NCBI GenBank assembly: GCA_016748015.1
Contig: JAAOMT010000219.1
Coordinates: 286,322-350,321 of the forward strand
Source of the DNA: Geosiphon pyriformis uo1
Taxonomy: Eukaryota > Fungi > Glomeromycota
Length of the DNA: 64,000 bases
Direction: 5' to 3'
A model generated the notes under the pieces. The model was not told where the DNA came from. It was given only the letters and a program-made list of their open reading frames with translations, and ran no database searches. Each line of letters begins with the position of its first letter. The stretch's first letter is position 1. This document shows, piece by piece, positions 26,114 through 38,737 of the stretch. The position numbers and the translations under genes were made by a program.

Positions 26114-26876
26114 TAGTGTCTGTGATGGTTTCTTAAATTCAAATGGGAAAATTGCTGCTAGTGATTTGTCATTGGTTATGGTAACTAAAAGTATATTGCT
26201 GGTAGGTGATTTGTTTTGGTTGAGTTCCTGGTTGTTGAGTGAAGTGTCTTCTGAGATAACCAGAAAACTTAAATAGTGTTGGGCATTTGGGTTTTGGGTG
26301 TACCTGGCATCTGAATTCTGTTGTCAAAATTCTGAGGTCTGGGTTGAGGAACTGAAGATCAGTTAATGGACTACTATTGCTAATCTCCAGTTTTGTTGTA
26401 TTATTCTTGGTTTGTGAGTTTTGTTTTGAAATAAGTTTTGTGGCAGTATTGAATTTTGTTGGAGTTAATAAATTACTTGAGGCTGTGGCTGATAGATAGG
26501 TTGGGGCTGCAGTTGATAAATGATGGGTGTTGTTGGCTAATAGATTGGAGCTTAATATACTGGTGGTTGATAAATTGGCTGTTGTGTCATTTGGATATAA
26601 TAAAGTGAGCATTGATCCTGATTTGTATTTTGATTTGGAGTTTGGAATCTGTGATTGGAGTTTCAATATTGATTTTCCAATTGAAAGTTATTATTATAAA
26701 AATGGCAGTCAATTCTTAAATGACCTTGTTTATCACAATTGTGGCAGATATACATCTTTTGCTGTCACAGCTGATTGGATGATGATGAACACAACTGATT
26801 TTGGTAGTGATTCATGTTTCTGGAATTATTGTGTTATTGGGATGTCTGATAAATTGCATGATTATTAGCTAAGTAT

Positions 26877-28930
26877 TGTTACAGTTGAGATGTATACTTC
26901 TTATTAATTATCACATGTATTAGCCACTAATGTTATATGATTAGCCACACTATTTTTAGAAAGTGATCATTGATCTGATTAATGACCTGATCAATGACCT
27001 AACCATTGATCTGATCATTGACCACTTTTGATAGCTATATAAGCAATAAATCTCTTAGCTGTAGAAAAGCATGTAATAACAAGCATCTGAATAATCAAAA
27101 ATAAATAAAATAATATCTTTCATCTCAATCTTTCTCTTATTACTAATTTCTCTTTTCCTACCTTCAAGTATCTAAACATCTTAAAGATAAAAAATTACTT
27201 GTTGGCCTTTTCCTGACGTATATAATTGTAGCATTTGAAAATTATTTGAATAAACATGACTGAAAAGCACAAGTTGATACCTGATATTAAATTTTAAGAG
27301 TGCCAACATGAGGCATAGAATTATACCAGTGGTGATCAATTGTTGACAGTACGGACTATTCCTTTACCTTCAGATTCCCCAGTTATCTTTGAAAAGAATA
27401 GCGACTGAGATATTTTATGAGACTGATCTCGCACATTGAATCTATACTCATTCAATTTGCTCTTTAAAGTTGAATTGCCCTTTGATTATTTCCATCACCC
27501 TACAATCCTGTTCTCTTTTGCTATCTGTTAGCTTGTTACTCCAACTTATAACATAAAAGTGGTGCTCCCTGTGAGGTTGTCAAAATCCACTTTGTTTTCT
27601 ATTGTATGAGTGATTATTTATATCTGCCATAACAATCAGAAGAACACTTTAAAGCACACAACAAAAACAATCTAGACTTTATTGAACTCAATCTTTTGCC
27701 CTTCTGCTTAATTTGCTTTCCCATTGAAAAACAATCCAGCAGACAATTCCAAGACTTTTGGAACTGGTTCTTGAATGAGCATTCAGCTGAAACCTACACA
27801 GCTTATACAATCTATTACTTTGACCAAGCTTATTTTGAAGACAACTTTGAAGAAAGAAACAACAGTATCAATCAGCTTTTATATTCTGCAACCTTTGAAC
27901 AACAGCCCCCTGATTTTGAATATCTGAATCATCAAATCCACATTTGGATTGCTGCCCATCAATCAACAAAAACTTTTCTTGAAACAGAAGAAGAAAGCTA
28001 TCAAACCACTCCTGTTTTTGATCTCTTTTCAAGTGAATTAGAACACTCCACACAAACAGTTACATCTGAACCAATGGCTTAAGACCCTCTGCAACAAAAC
28101 ATTCTGATTGCCCTCCAAGGTATACAGACTGTTTTAGGGCAAAGAAACAACACTCCATTACCATTATTCAGAGGTGATGCCCAAGATCCAATTGAATGGT
28201 TGAATGACTTTGAGAGAGCCACTACAGCCAACCAATACAATAATGAGTACAAGTTTCAAATTGTTGGTGGCTACCTCCAAGACTCCTCTGCTACATGGTT
28301 CTCACAGGAAACTGATACTAATGTCCATCAAAGAATCATTAGATGGATGCCAGCAAATGCTGGAGAAAACAACACCTCTTTCACAACCTGGTTTGAAAAC
28401 AAGTTTAGAACCCCAATCTTAATATTCAAGTGGTGCATGGAATTAGAAAGAAGAACTCAAGATCCTGGTGAAATTGTAACTGAATATGCTAAAGCAATCA
28501 GAAAGTTAATCAAGCATGTAGACTCTGGAAGAAATTGGACAGAAGAGCAAAAGATTCATTTCTTCACAAAAAGATTGAGAACCAATTTATCTTATACTTT
28601 TTGGCCTTTTTTGGCCCTGAAAAACAATCCTACAATAGACATGGCCATTGAACTTGCCCAACAAATTGAAGACAACCAAAGAATACATTTGGGATCTACA
28701 CTTCCAGTTTTTGCTTCTGCTCCTGTCATGGCTCCTGCCTCTCAAATGGCTGCTGTCTCTTTTGCTGCCCAAACTCAAGATCCAAATGAACAATTAATAA
28801 TAGACTTATAGCCAATCTTGTCCAGTTATTAGAACTTTTGGCACAAGCAGTTAGAGATAACCAACAACCACAAAGACCCAGATATAAATCACGTTTTAAT
28901 CAGCCCCAGCAACCTCCTTATCAAAGACAG
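26877..28930 (+). mobile_element. Family A copy A5: 5' LTR (26877-27553), PBS (27560-27576), gag truncated before the zinc knuckle
   Basis: TGTTACAGTTG...TATAACA-TAAAAG-TGGTGCTCCCTGTGAGG; gag ORFs 27696-28082 and 28200-28811. Confidence 0.93.
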
Positions 28931-30096
28931 TGTTACTCATAGAAATATAGAAAATATATTAGCATGATTAGTAGCCAATCAGAAGTGAGCATAGTAAATG
29001 TGGAATTCCAGGATTTTTCTCAGGAATTGCAGGATTTCAGGAATTTCAGGATTCCCTGACAAAGAATCGCAGGATTCTAGAATTCCAGGATTCCTCTCAA
29101 AGAAATCACAGGATTCCAGAAATTCCAGAATTCCTGTTGTGAAGAATTGAGAAATTGAGGAATCTTAATTATGTATATATAGCAGCAGGATTAGAAGCTG
29201 AAAAGATAGACCTCTCAGTTTAGATTTAATCTAAGCAACCTTCCAATTCCCAATTATCAAATAAATAATTATTTTATATCTCAATCTACTCTCCACTATC
29301 AATACTTCATGTTAATAGTAATTAATACTTAACCATGCTGAAACAATAGCTCTTGATCATGGCTATTGACGAGATACTAACTTACTAAATTGTCTTGGCT
29401 TATCTTCATCATCGCTATTTATTTTATTTTATTTATTTATTTCTTTGATTCTAATTGATTAAAGATTAAAAGCACTGAGTTATTGACATCATGGATAGCC
29501 TGGTAAAAAACCCAGAAATAAGGGTAGATTTATATATATTATCAGTTAGCTTACCAGAAGGGCACGACTGCCAGAATAAATCTGGCCACCAAGCTAAGAA
29601 AGAAATTGGGAAACAATTGACAACAAATAATGAATCGCCACACTATCAAATCTCTGTTCATTATACAAAGAACTCAACCAAAAACCTTCAGATAACAATA
29701 CCTTCAGATATTACCAACAACATTATATCAATTGAGCACCAAGTTACAAGTTTGTTATTTGACTTGAGACTCCAAATAATTCAACTGTAACATTTGGTGC
29801 TCCCTGTGAGGTATAATCCTACAGAGAACCAGCACTAACAACACTAAACCAAAAGTGGCAGAATCAGAAATAATAGGGACAAACCATCTAGGATTCGCAA
29901 AATCCTTATTTCAACAGTACAGTCAGCAGCTAGGCCTAAACAACAACCATTACCCAGCAGAATCAGCTTTCAACTTTTACGTCAACAAAAGAATCACAGA
30001 TTTTCTAGGAAAACCAGTTGACATTGAATCAGCAAGAGAAAATTTCTATTCGGAACTAATCCAACACACCAACTTACCCAGAAATCACAGCTTTGC
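28931..30096 (+). mobile_element. Family B 5' end: LTR (28931-29792), PBS (29795-29811), gag N-terminus
   Basis: TGTTACTC...CTGTAACA-TT-TGGTGCTCCCTGTGAGG; gag AESEIIGTNHLGFAKSLFQQY; CCAAT at ~28975; TATA at ~29175. Confidence 0.9.
29001..29165 (+). repeat. GGAATT(C/G)CAGGATT(C)C motif cluster in the family B U3
   Basis: Repeated motif between the CCAAT box and the TATA box; same cluster on the minus strand at ~60095-60255 and ~62125-62285. Confidence 0.8.
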
Positions 30097-32451
30097 AATT
30101 TTCATGACCATGAATAGAGCTAAGAGTAAAAAAGTTGCAAATGTTACTTTTCCTATAGTAACTAATAAAGTTTCAACATGAGAGGGTCTCTTTGTTATTG
30201 AAGCAGCTAGACAAAACATTCTGGCAACATTTCCCTTAAAAAAAATCAGTGATAAGCTGCCTTTAGTGGCTTCTGGTTCAATTTTTTCTTCTTTGGCTGG
30301 AAGTTCTTCTTCAGTCAAAGTTCCTTCAAAAAGGCACACTCAGGTTAGTCCCAGTGTTGTCTCTACCACTTCAAAAAGCCCAAAGATTTTTAATAACAGA
30401 CCAGTCAACAAGTTGGTCTTTCCTGCTCTTACCACTCTCACTACTACTTCTACTACTACAGCTTCACAAATGGCTGCAAAGCAAAAAATTTGCAACTGCT
30501 ATGGTCACACCGAACCCCTTTGTGGTTCCAGATGAGATCTTTGGTAGGATTTTCACAGCAGCAGCCAGTTCTATTTCTGATATAAATGGCAACAGCAGCA
30601 GCACATCTCCCAAGATGGGCCAAAATCAACCACTGGCTGTGTTGCCTAATGTGGTACTTTCTGGCAGATCATCGCCAATCCCAGTAGCAAAACAGTCCAT
30701 CAATCCAGATGATCTCAAAGATTGGACTGATCAGATGGAAATGAAATCAACTGTCCCCCCCCAGTTTCTGGTGCAGCTGATGCTAGTGCTTGGAAGAATG
30801 TGAATGGTCATCAAAGATTCTCTGATTAGGTGGCCTCCAATCTTGTACCTAGTGCTATGTTTAAGATCAAGATGGCTTTGCTCAGTTCCTTGTTTCAGCT
30901 GCTGCCTAGTTGTATTGGGCTTAAATCTGTTTCATGAGATGCTGTCAAGTTGTTCTGTGTAGAATTTGCATCTCAGGAGTGTCTAAATGGTGCTACTAAA
31001 GTGGCCATTGGTGATGAGATTTTTTTGACCTCTCTTAAGATTGCATGGTTTTCTGAAGTGGCCTTTGTTTCTTCTCCTTTCTTGTCAGTTGAACTGCATA
31101 ATGTACCTTTAGGTACCTATTCTGATGACATCAAAACTGCTCTTGGCATTTTTGGTGTTGTCACTTCTGTTAAGTTGAAGTCTGCTGGCTTATGGCAATA
31201 TGCTGTGGTTAATTTTAAGAACATTTTCTCTGCTGCTGCTGCTCTCTTTAACTGGTCTGTATTGGTCAGGAAAGATAGTGTTAGGATTTTTCCCATTGTA
31301 TTTAAAGCTAAGTTGGTCAATCTTCCATTTGGCTGTACTGCCTTTGAGATAAGTGATTTGGTCTCCCAAGTTGGTGGCCGTACATGTTTCATTCTTCGAT
31401 CCACTGAATCTTATCAATGTCAATGCTTTGCTGTGGTTACCTTTGATTCTTTGGAATCTCTGAATGCTGCTGTGTCAAAAACTGGTACCTTGTATGGTTG
31501 TCACATCTGGTGGAAAACTCCTGGGTGTTGCTGCTGCTACAAGTGTTAAAACTTGAATCATTTGGCTGTGGACTGCAAGAAATTGCCTCTTCTCCCACCT
31601 AAACTCTTTTTCAACACCTTTGGTGGCCCCAAAAATTTCAAACCCTCATTTGTTGGATCTAAATCTTATGCCAAGGCTGCTGCTTTTGTGGTTCCTCCTG
31701 GTGCTGCTGCTGCTAATATGGAATTAGATCTTGGTGGTTCTCCTGAAACTGCAACACCTGTGTTGCCTGCTGTCTCTTTTGTTCCCAATACTGTTGTTGA
31801 ATTTAGGTTGGCTTCTCTTGAATCTCACCTTAGTGAACTATCTGTGTTAATTAAATCCTTGGTTAAACCTGTCAGTGCTCTGGTTGCATTGGTTACCAAA
31901 TTGCTGTCTACTCCATCTGCCGTGGATGTATCAGTTAAGGAATGTGTAAACGGGTTGGCTAAGCAAAATAAAGGCTTGCTGCTGTTGCCACCATGATGCA
32001 GAAAAGATTAACACATCTTGAGACAATAAGTGAACAGATTTGCTTAGAGAATGGATCAGATGTTGATGACATGGTTGATGATATTGATGATAATGATGAT
32101 GAAAATAAAGATTTTTCAGTTTATGATAACACCTTCAATGTCATGATGCACCTATGGGAGAATTAGCCTTTAAGAATCAAATCCAGTCTTGATCAGACTA
32201 CTAAGTGGATGAGTAGTATGGTTAAGAATAATCATGAGCTTGTTAGCATTATGGGTAAGATGTATGAATTAAATATGTTTGATACATTAGGTAGCAAAGA
32301 TAGTACTAGCATGTAGTTAGGGCTTTCTGCTTGTGATTAGCCGCATCTTGTGATTTTTGTATTATTGGGTGAGCTGGCTTTATGAAACCACCACATTACT
32401 GTGGCTTAACTAATAAATGACCAGCGTGGCTACATGTTAACAAAAAAAAAA
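30097..32451 (+). mobile_element. ORF1-only non-LTR element H, copy H1
   Basis: Single degenerate ORF ~30104-32316 (Ser/Thr-rich N-terminus, RRM-like LHNVPLG..ALGIFGVV, CYKC..NHLAVDC knuckle, KSYAKAA, coiled coil, acidic tail), ~125-nt 3' UTR, poly(A). No EN or RT. Confidence 0.85.
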
Positions 32452-34545
32452 GTAGTTTAGCTATTTCATTCACCTGTTGTCTCAATTCATCAATTTTAAA
32501 TCTCTATGACTAGTCTGCTTCTTTTTTCTGTTGGCTCTCTTTGTTGTTCACTTGTAAGCCAGCTTTTTGAGACCCACTTGTGTTTGCATTGTTCCTATTA
32601 CTAGATGAGTTTAGTGCCACCATTTCAGCATATGATCTTCCTCCAAAAGCCTTGATGGGTTTTTCTGGTACATTCTTTTTAACATACAATTTGGCCAATC
32701 ATATGTTGTTGGTAGCTTTCTTGGTATTCTCCTCCTTTTTCTTAAGTAAAGTAGGGCAATTTGAGACCAAGTGTCCTATCTGATAACAAAAATGACACTC
32801 TTTAGCATCAGTAGGCACCCAGTGAACCAAAGTATCCCCAATCACCAAGGGCTTATTGGTAGCATTGTGGTGACTGGCTTCACTATCAAACCCTATGTAA
32901 GCACAGCCTATTCTGATGTAGTTTCTGCTAGTTCTTGGAATAAAGCAAGATCGGGCTTTGATTTGATCTAGAGTGTTACTCAGATAGTGTGCAGTACAGT
33001 TCTATGGTAGGCCAACAAGCTTAGCTTCCCAGGTTTTCCTCTGCTCAATAATCTTTTGGGTACCTATCATTGAATAAATTCTAACTGCATCTTTCCTGAT
33101 CAGGGTTGACCATTGGTCAACAGCTCTGGTTGCCTCCTCTTAATTGTTAAATTTAACTATTGCTAACTGCTATTTTCCAGCCACTTTGATTTAGACTTTT
33201 TTAACCTTCCCAAATTTTTTCATGGCAGTTCCAACTTCTCTGTCAGAAATATCCAAGGGGATATCTCTAACTAGAATCTTTTTTTGACCAGCTATTTGGT
33301 TGACAATACCATCAGTTGCCATCAAAAATAACTCAATTTCCACATCTGCTAAGATTTTTCTAGCTTGATCTCTTCCAGCAATTTGGAAAAAGTTTATTCT
33401 GATTTTCTGGTTTCTCACCATTACAGTCTTCAACAGGTAACTGACATCTCCCAACAGATTGTAAATCCACCCCACCTTCTTTCCCATGTTCTTTTCTGGT
33501 ATATCCAATATTTGCATGAACAGAACATGTCTCTTGGTGCCATGAACAACAGTTTTTTATCCTTCTTCTTGATTTGCTTCTATAAACATGGCATTTTTCC
33601 CAAATACTTTGCTACTCTTTTGGCCCAGGCTTGGGCTTGGCATTCTGCTTGATAGACCCAATTCAGAGTCTTCCATGTTCTCTGCAGTCCCTTCCAAATT
33701 GGCAATAACTTTGTTGGTTTTAAATGGATTGTCTATTTGTTCATCAAATTTCTCTGCAGATTTTCCTTTGTTGATCTTGTCCAAAATCTCAGGATTGCAT
33801 TTCCTTAGAGCTGTTTCAATCTGCACTACTCTTTTAACCTCTTCACTAGGCAATTTGGATGGTCTATCCAATTTTTTTAGGGACTTTGATGTCCTCTTTT
33901 CACCAGTTCAAGCTTCCATTTGAAACTTATTACTGTTTCCTCCTTTGTTGAACATTAGTCACAAGACAAAATTGTTGGTCTGGTTTGTTGTCTTATCAGT
34001 AAGTTCCTCTTTAATGACCTGGTTAAATCTCTTTGTTAGGTCTTTTACACTTATTTTTCCCAAATGTCTGTATTTTTTATTGGGCTTTTTTTCTAATCTG
34101 TTGCCTGTTAATGGAGAAAAGTCAGCTGCTCTTTGATATGGAGCTGTTCTTTTTGATGTATTAGCAATTCTGAAGGGTGTGTTGTTTCTACTGCTTGTGT
34201 TTACACTTCCAATTGTTCTACTGCTATGTTCAAACCTGAATAAAGGTGTTATAGGTCTTGTATTTTCAACTGGTGTTTGGTTTGGTATGATTGTATTATT
34301 TCTTTCTTTCTTTGTATTGACTTTTCACTTGGTCTTTATACTTAGTGGTATCTGTACTATTACTTCTGTTTGTGACTATTGTCACTTTACTATTAGTGTT
34401 GTTGTTAGACACTTTGAAATCTGTTGTAATAATAAAGTGTACTTTCAACTAAAGGTATCTTTTAGCAAAAAACTATTTTTCCAACTTTGAGGCATAGTAA
34501 ATTTTGTGGTAGCAGACAAAAAAAGAAAAAAAGTTTTTGGCTTTT
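32452..34545 (-). mobile_element. LINE 5' fragment (ORF1)
   Basis: RRM KKILVRDIPLDISDREVGTAMKKFGKV; knuckle CHFCYQIGHLVSNC (~32755-32797); GGRSYAEMV. Sequence distinct from the H ORF. Link to the ORF2 fragments is inferred. Confidence 0.8.
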
Positions 34546-37478
34546 AGCAAAAAAATATTATTCAGTTACTGAACAGGAATGTTTAGCAGTAGTTTGGACT
34601 ACTAGCTACTGAGAACAATATTTTTTTGGTGCAAAATTCTTAGTGGTAACAGATCATCAAGCCTTGGTTTGGCTGCACAATAAAAAAAAGCTGGAACACA
34701 AATGAATAACTTGCTGGATACTCCACTTGGATGAATTCAACTATGATATTCAACACTGCAAAGAAACAAATCATCAAAATGCTGATGCTCTCTCTAAACT
34801 TATCATCTAGTGACAATACAACTCTCAAACCAAACCAACTTAATTATTAGTAACTCCTTCACAAACAAACATGATAATGGACTTAGACAACTACTCTGCC
34901 TTAATGGAATTTTTGGGTAAAGGACAATACCCACCAGAATATACTTGACAGCAAAAAGAACATTTGTGCAAACAATCAAATTTCTATTTGATCTGCAAAA
35001 ACCAATTATATAAAAGAAACAGAAAAGATCTTGACTGCTTCCAGAGAGTTATCAAATTTGAAGAAAGAGAAATTGAAATATACAACATGCACACTGACTC
35101 ATTAGCTGGACACTTTGGAAAAACAAAAACAATTCAGAAAACCTTAGCTTGCTATTATTGGCCTATCTTGGGAAAAGACATTGCTAAATACATTAAAACT
35201 TGTGACATCTGCCAAAGAAGAGGCAAACCCAATTACAAAAAAGATATATATCCAATCTCTGTTGGTCAACCATTTGACAAAATTGGTATAGATGTTGTTG
35301 GACCTTTAACAATAACTCCTGATGGCAACAGAAACATTATCACAGCTACTGACTATCTTACAAAGTGAGTAGAAGCAAGAGCCACTCCAAACCAAACAGC
35401 AGTCTCAATAGCCAATTTCATTTATGAAAATATCATCTGCCATCATGGCTGCCCCAAAAAACTTTTATCTGATAGAAGAAGAGCTTTTCTCAGTATACTG
35501 GTTGAAGAACTTTGTAAAAAAATAGGAATATGTCATAAACTTTCCTCCCCTTATCACCCCCAAACAAATGGCCTAGTGAAATGTTTCAATAGAACATTAT
35601 GTGAAACCCTAGCCAAAACCAGTGAAGAAACAAACTTATGAGACAAAGTACTGCCTTTAGCTTTGTTTGCTTGTAGAACTGTGAATCATAACATAACAAG
35701 TTATAAACTTTTTTATCTGCTCTATGAACACATAACAACACTACCAATAGAAACTGACATTGAAACAATACCCTTTGAAAAAATCACAATAGGAAATTAC
35801 AAAGACATTTGCAAAGAAGACTTGGTACCATTTTTGACTCCTTGATAGAAGCATAAATAATTGCTTTTGAAAAGATAAAACAGTTCCAAGAAAAGCTTAA
35901 GAAAAAGAAAACCTATAAAACACTTTCTTTAAGTGTTGGTGACTTGGTATTAGAATACCATTCTGACAGAAACAATGTTTATGGTGATAAATTCTCTAGC
36001 TGATAGAAAGAACCCTTTATAGTCAACAAAAGTTTTGAACAATGGTTCTTATATTCTCTGGAACAATCTTCAATGAATGTCCTGTTCATGGTACACAACT
36101 CAAAAAATATCATAAATGACCTGATTGGCTGCCTGTTGTGGTAATACCAACTCAAATAATCAGCAAAAATCAAGTATAAATAAATGCACTATTCCAAAAA
36201 CAAAGATATTTTCAATTAACATGAACAATTATTTTCTGGATCAAAACATTCAAAATGCTTTCTATACTCTCCATGAATATTGAATCAAAAACTACCCAAA
36301 TGCTACTCTGACCATTGGAAAACAAACCATCATAACTGATAACAATAGAACACATACTGTTATTAGACCAAAGAAAACTACTACCAGAAGAGAAAAAATT
36401 GGTAACAAAATGAATAAATATTTGTTAGAAAGTATAACAGCAGCTATACTCCTATCTTCCAGCACAATTGGAAAAACACCAAGAAATCTTATCCACAGAC
36501 AAAAACTTGTTATATGGAAGGCAATTAGAACTCTATGGTCGTCTTGGTGAAATTATAGAGGATATGGCAGAAATTTTGGGCATTATACAGTTAGATGTCC
36601 CAAGAGTTTTAACTATTGCTAGAAGAGCCAAAACTCTAATACAAAGATTTGGTCTTTTGGATACAAAACTCATTTTACCTCAAGTATTATATACCTTATC
36701 CACAAAAAACTTCAACAAACTAGTTAGCTTTAAGTTAGATAAAACTTTTTAAATAGATTACACCATAAATAGCTTGATTTCACCAGAGCTTAATCTCTTT
36801 GGAAAGGATGATGTTATAGTTGAAATTTATACTTTTTATTAAATATCACATGTATTAGTCACTGATGTCATATAAATTAGCCACTCTATTTTTAGAAAGT
36901 GATTATTGACCTGATCATTGACCTAGTCGTTCACCTGATCATTGACCACTTTTGATAGCTATATAAGTAATGAATCTCTTAGCTGTAGAAAAGCATATAG
37001 AAATCAAGGAAATCAAATAAATAAAATAACAACTTTTATTTCAATTATTCTCTTATTGCTAATTTTCCTCTTCCTACCTTCAAGTATTCAAACATCTTGG
37101 GATAAAAGATCATTTGTTGGTTATTCCTTACTCTTTTTTCTGAAACGTGTAATTGCAGCATTTGAAGATTATTGAATAAAACATGACTGAAGAGTACATC
37201 TAATACCTAATATTGAATTCTAAGAGTGCTGACATGAGGCATAGAATTATACCAGACATGATCATTTGTTGACAGTATGGACTATCTCTCTATCTTCAGA
37301 TTCCTTGGTTATCTTTGAAAAGTATAGTAACTGAGATATTTTATAAGACTGATCTCACACATTGAATCCATACTTATTCAATTCACTCTTTGAAGTTGAA
37401 TTCCCTTTGATTCCTTTCATCACCCTACAATTCTGTTCTCCCTTGCTATCTGTTAGCTTGTTACTTCAACCCATAACA
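34546..37478 (+). mobile_element. Family A copy A6: RH end-IN-ORF3-PPT-3' LTR (36812-37478)
   Basis: IN HTDSLAGHFG..CDIC..IGIDVVGP; LTR TGTTATAGTTG...CCATAACA. Confidence 0.93.
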
Positions 37479-38737
37479 ACATAATGTATTTATTAGACAA
37501 TACAATCTTCTTATCAGTGTTTAGGGCTTTTCATCCCTTTTCTACAGCCTGTAATAAGCACTGTATCTACCTATTTCTTACATCATTAATCAGCATCTTG
37601 CTCTTTTGGGTATTTAGAGAGCATTCTCAAAAGTGCTGGTTGGTTTTCACTTCCCTGTGACATATTTTGCAAAGATTGTTTAGGTATACAAGGGGACATT
37701 GGTTGTATAGCACCTCTGCTGTTGGCAGCATGTTGTGGAATAATTTCATAAGAAATGTACACATTGCTGAAAATCCAGCTGAGGTGAAGCCTGATGACAT
37801 TTTACCATTCCAGTTCCAAATCTTGGTTGTGCACATCCAGTCTATATCTTGGTCTAAAGATCCTATTGTCTTTTGGACATTATTGTTGTCTATTAATTCA
37901 AAGCTGTTTGAAGACTAGTTTGTTTGCTCAGAAAATGTCTAATATTTAAATCCAATTCAATTCCTCTGCAAAAGGGGATATATGCAGTCTTCTTAGCATT
38001 ATAGGTCCACCTCACAGTGTCAAAAGTGGTAGATTTTTTGGCTAGTTTGTCAGTCTTCTCATTTTCCAATATACCAGTATAAGCAGTCACTTTGTTTATG
38101 TTGAGATCAATCCTCTTTTCACTTATAATTACTCTGATTGCATTCTATGTATGCCAGTTTAAAGTTTTGAGCTGATTTCTAACAGACAAGAATACATTTT
38201 TAGACAACCATTTCTGAGCCATTGACATTACTGCTTGACTATCAGTGTTTATTGTTAGTTTGCATTTGTAAGTTACTGCTACCAAAGCCAATAAAACAGC
38301 CTTTGTCTCTGTTTTTGTTGATGATAATGTTCCATTAACTGCTATACCAAATTTGGCCTCTATTCTATGTGTTATAAAAGCAGCTCCTCCTCTTGTATTC
38401 TCAGAGCCAGCTTCTACCATTGAGTCATCTGTTGATATTTCTATTACTTTTCTGAATCTCAACTTCTCTCGTACCCCCCTTCATTGTGGTAATAATATGT
38501 CAGAGATATGGATGTAAATAGTATCTCTTTGCATTATTTCAAAATCATCTGGTATTTGGTCAATCAGTTTGTGCATCTCCAATACTTTACATTATGCTAC
38601 ATTAATGTTTTTGTACTCATCCATAATAATTGTAGACTCTAAAATCTTAAACCATCTGGGAATTCTACCACTATCATTTTGTCTGTACTTCCTTGTGATG
38701 TCCATCCATGTCATCAATGTCTCATTATTGTCCTGTA
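37479..38737 (-). mobile_element. LINE ORF2 fragment: RNase H and C-terminal Cys/His domain
   Basis: ISTDDS, LSSTKTETKAVLLAL, INTDSQ, AYTGILENEKTDKLAK (RNase H D-E-D-D); CKIC..NQHF*EC. Confidence 0.88.

Larger units (their letters stand above)
22499..26876 (-). mobile_element. Family B LTR element: gag 3' part-PR-spacer-dUTPase-3' region-PPT-3' LTR, no RT/RH/IN in this copy
   Basis: 3' LTR 22499-23306; PPT (minus strand aaaaaaaggagaaaataa) at ~23307-23325; protease and dUTPase motifs. Only ~770 nt lie between dUTPase and LTR. Confidence 0.85.

Noticed and set aside
27560-27576. tRNA gene
   Set aside because: Only 17 nt complementary to a tRNA 3' end, with no cloverleaf. It is a PBS.
29491-29790. 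ORFs inside LTRs (also 36942-37175, 12653-12865, 62238-62426)
   Set aside because: Not kept open in the other LTR copies.
29855-30181. Novel fusion gene (B gag plus H ORF)
   Set aside because: Chance in-frame junction at the insertion site near 30097, terminated by a mutation-derived stop.
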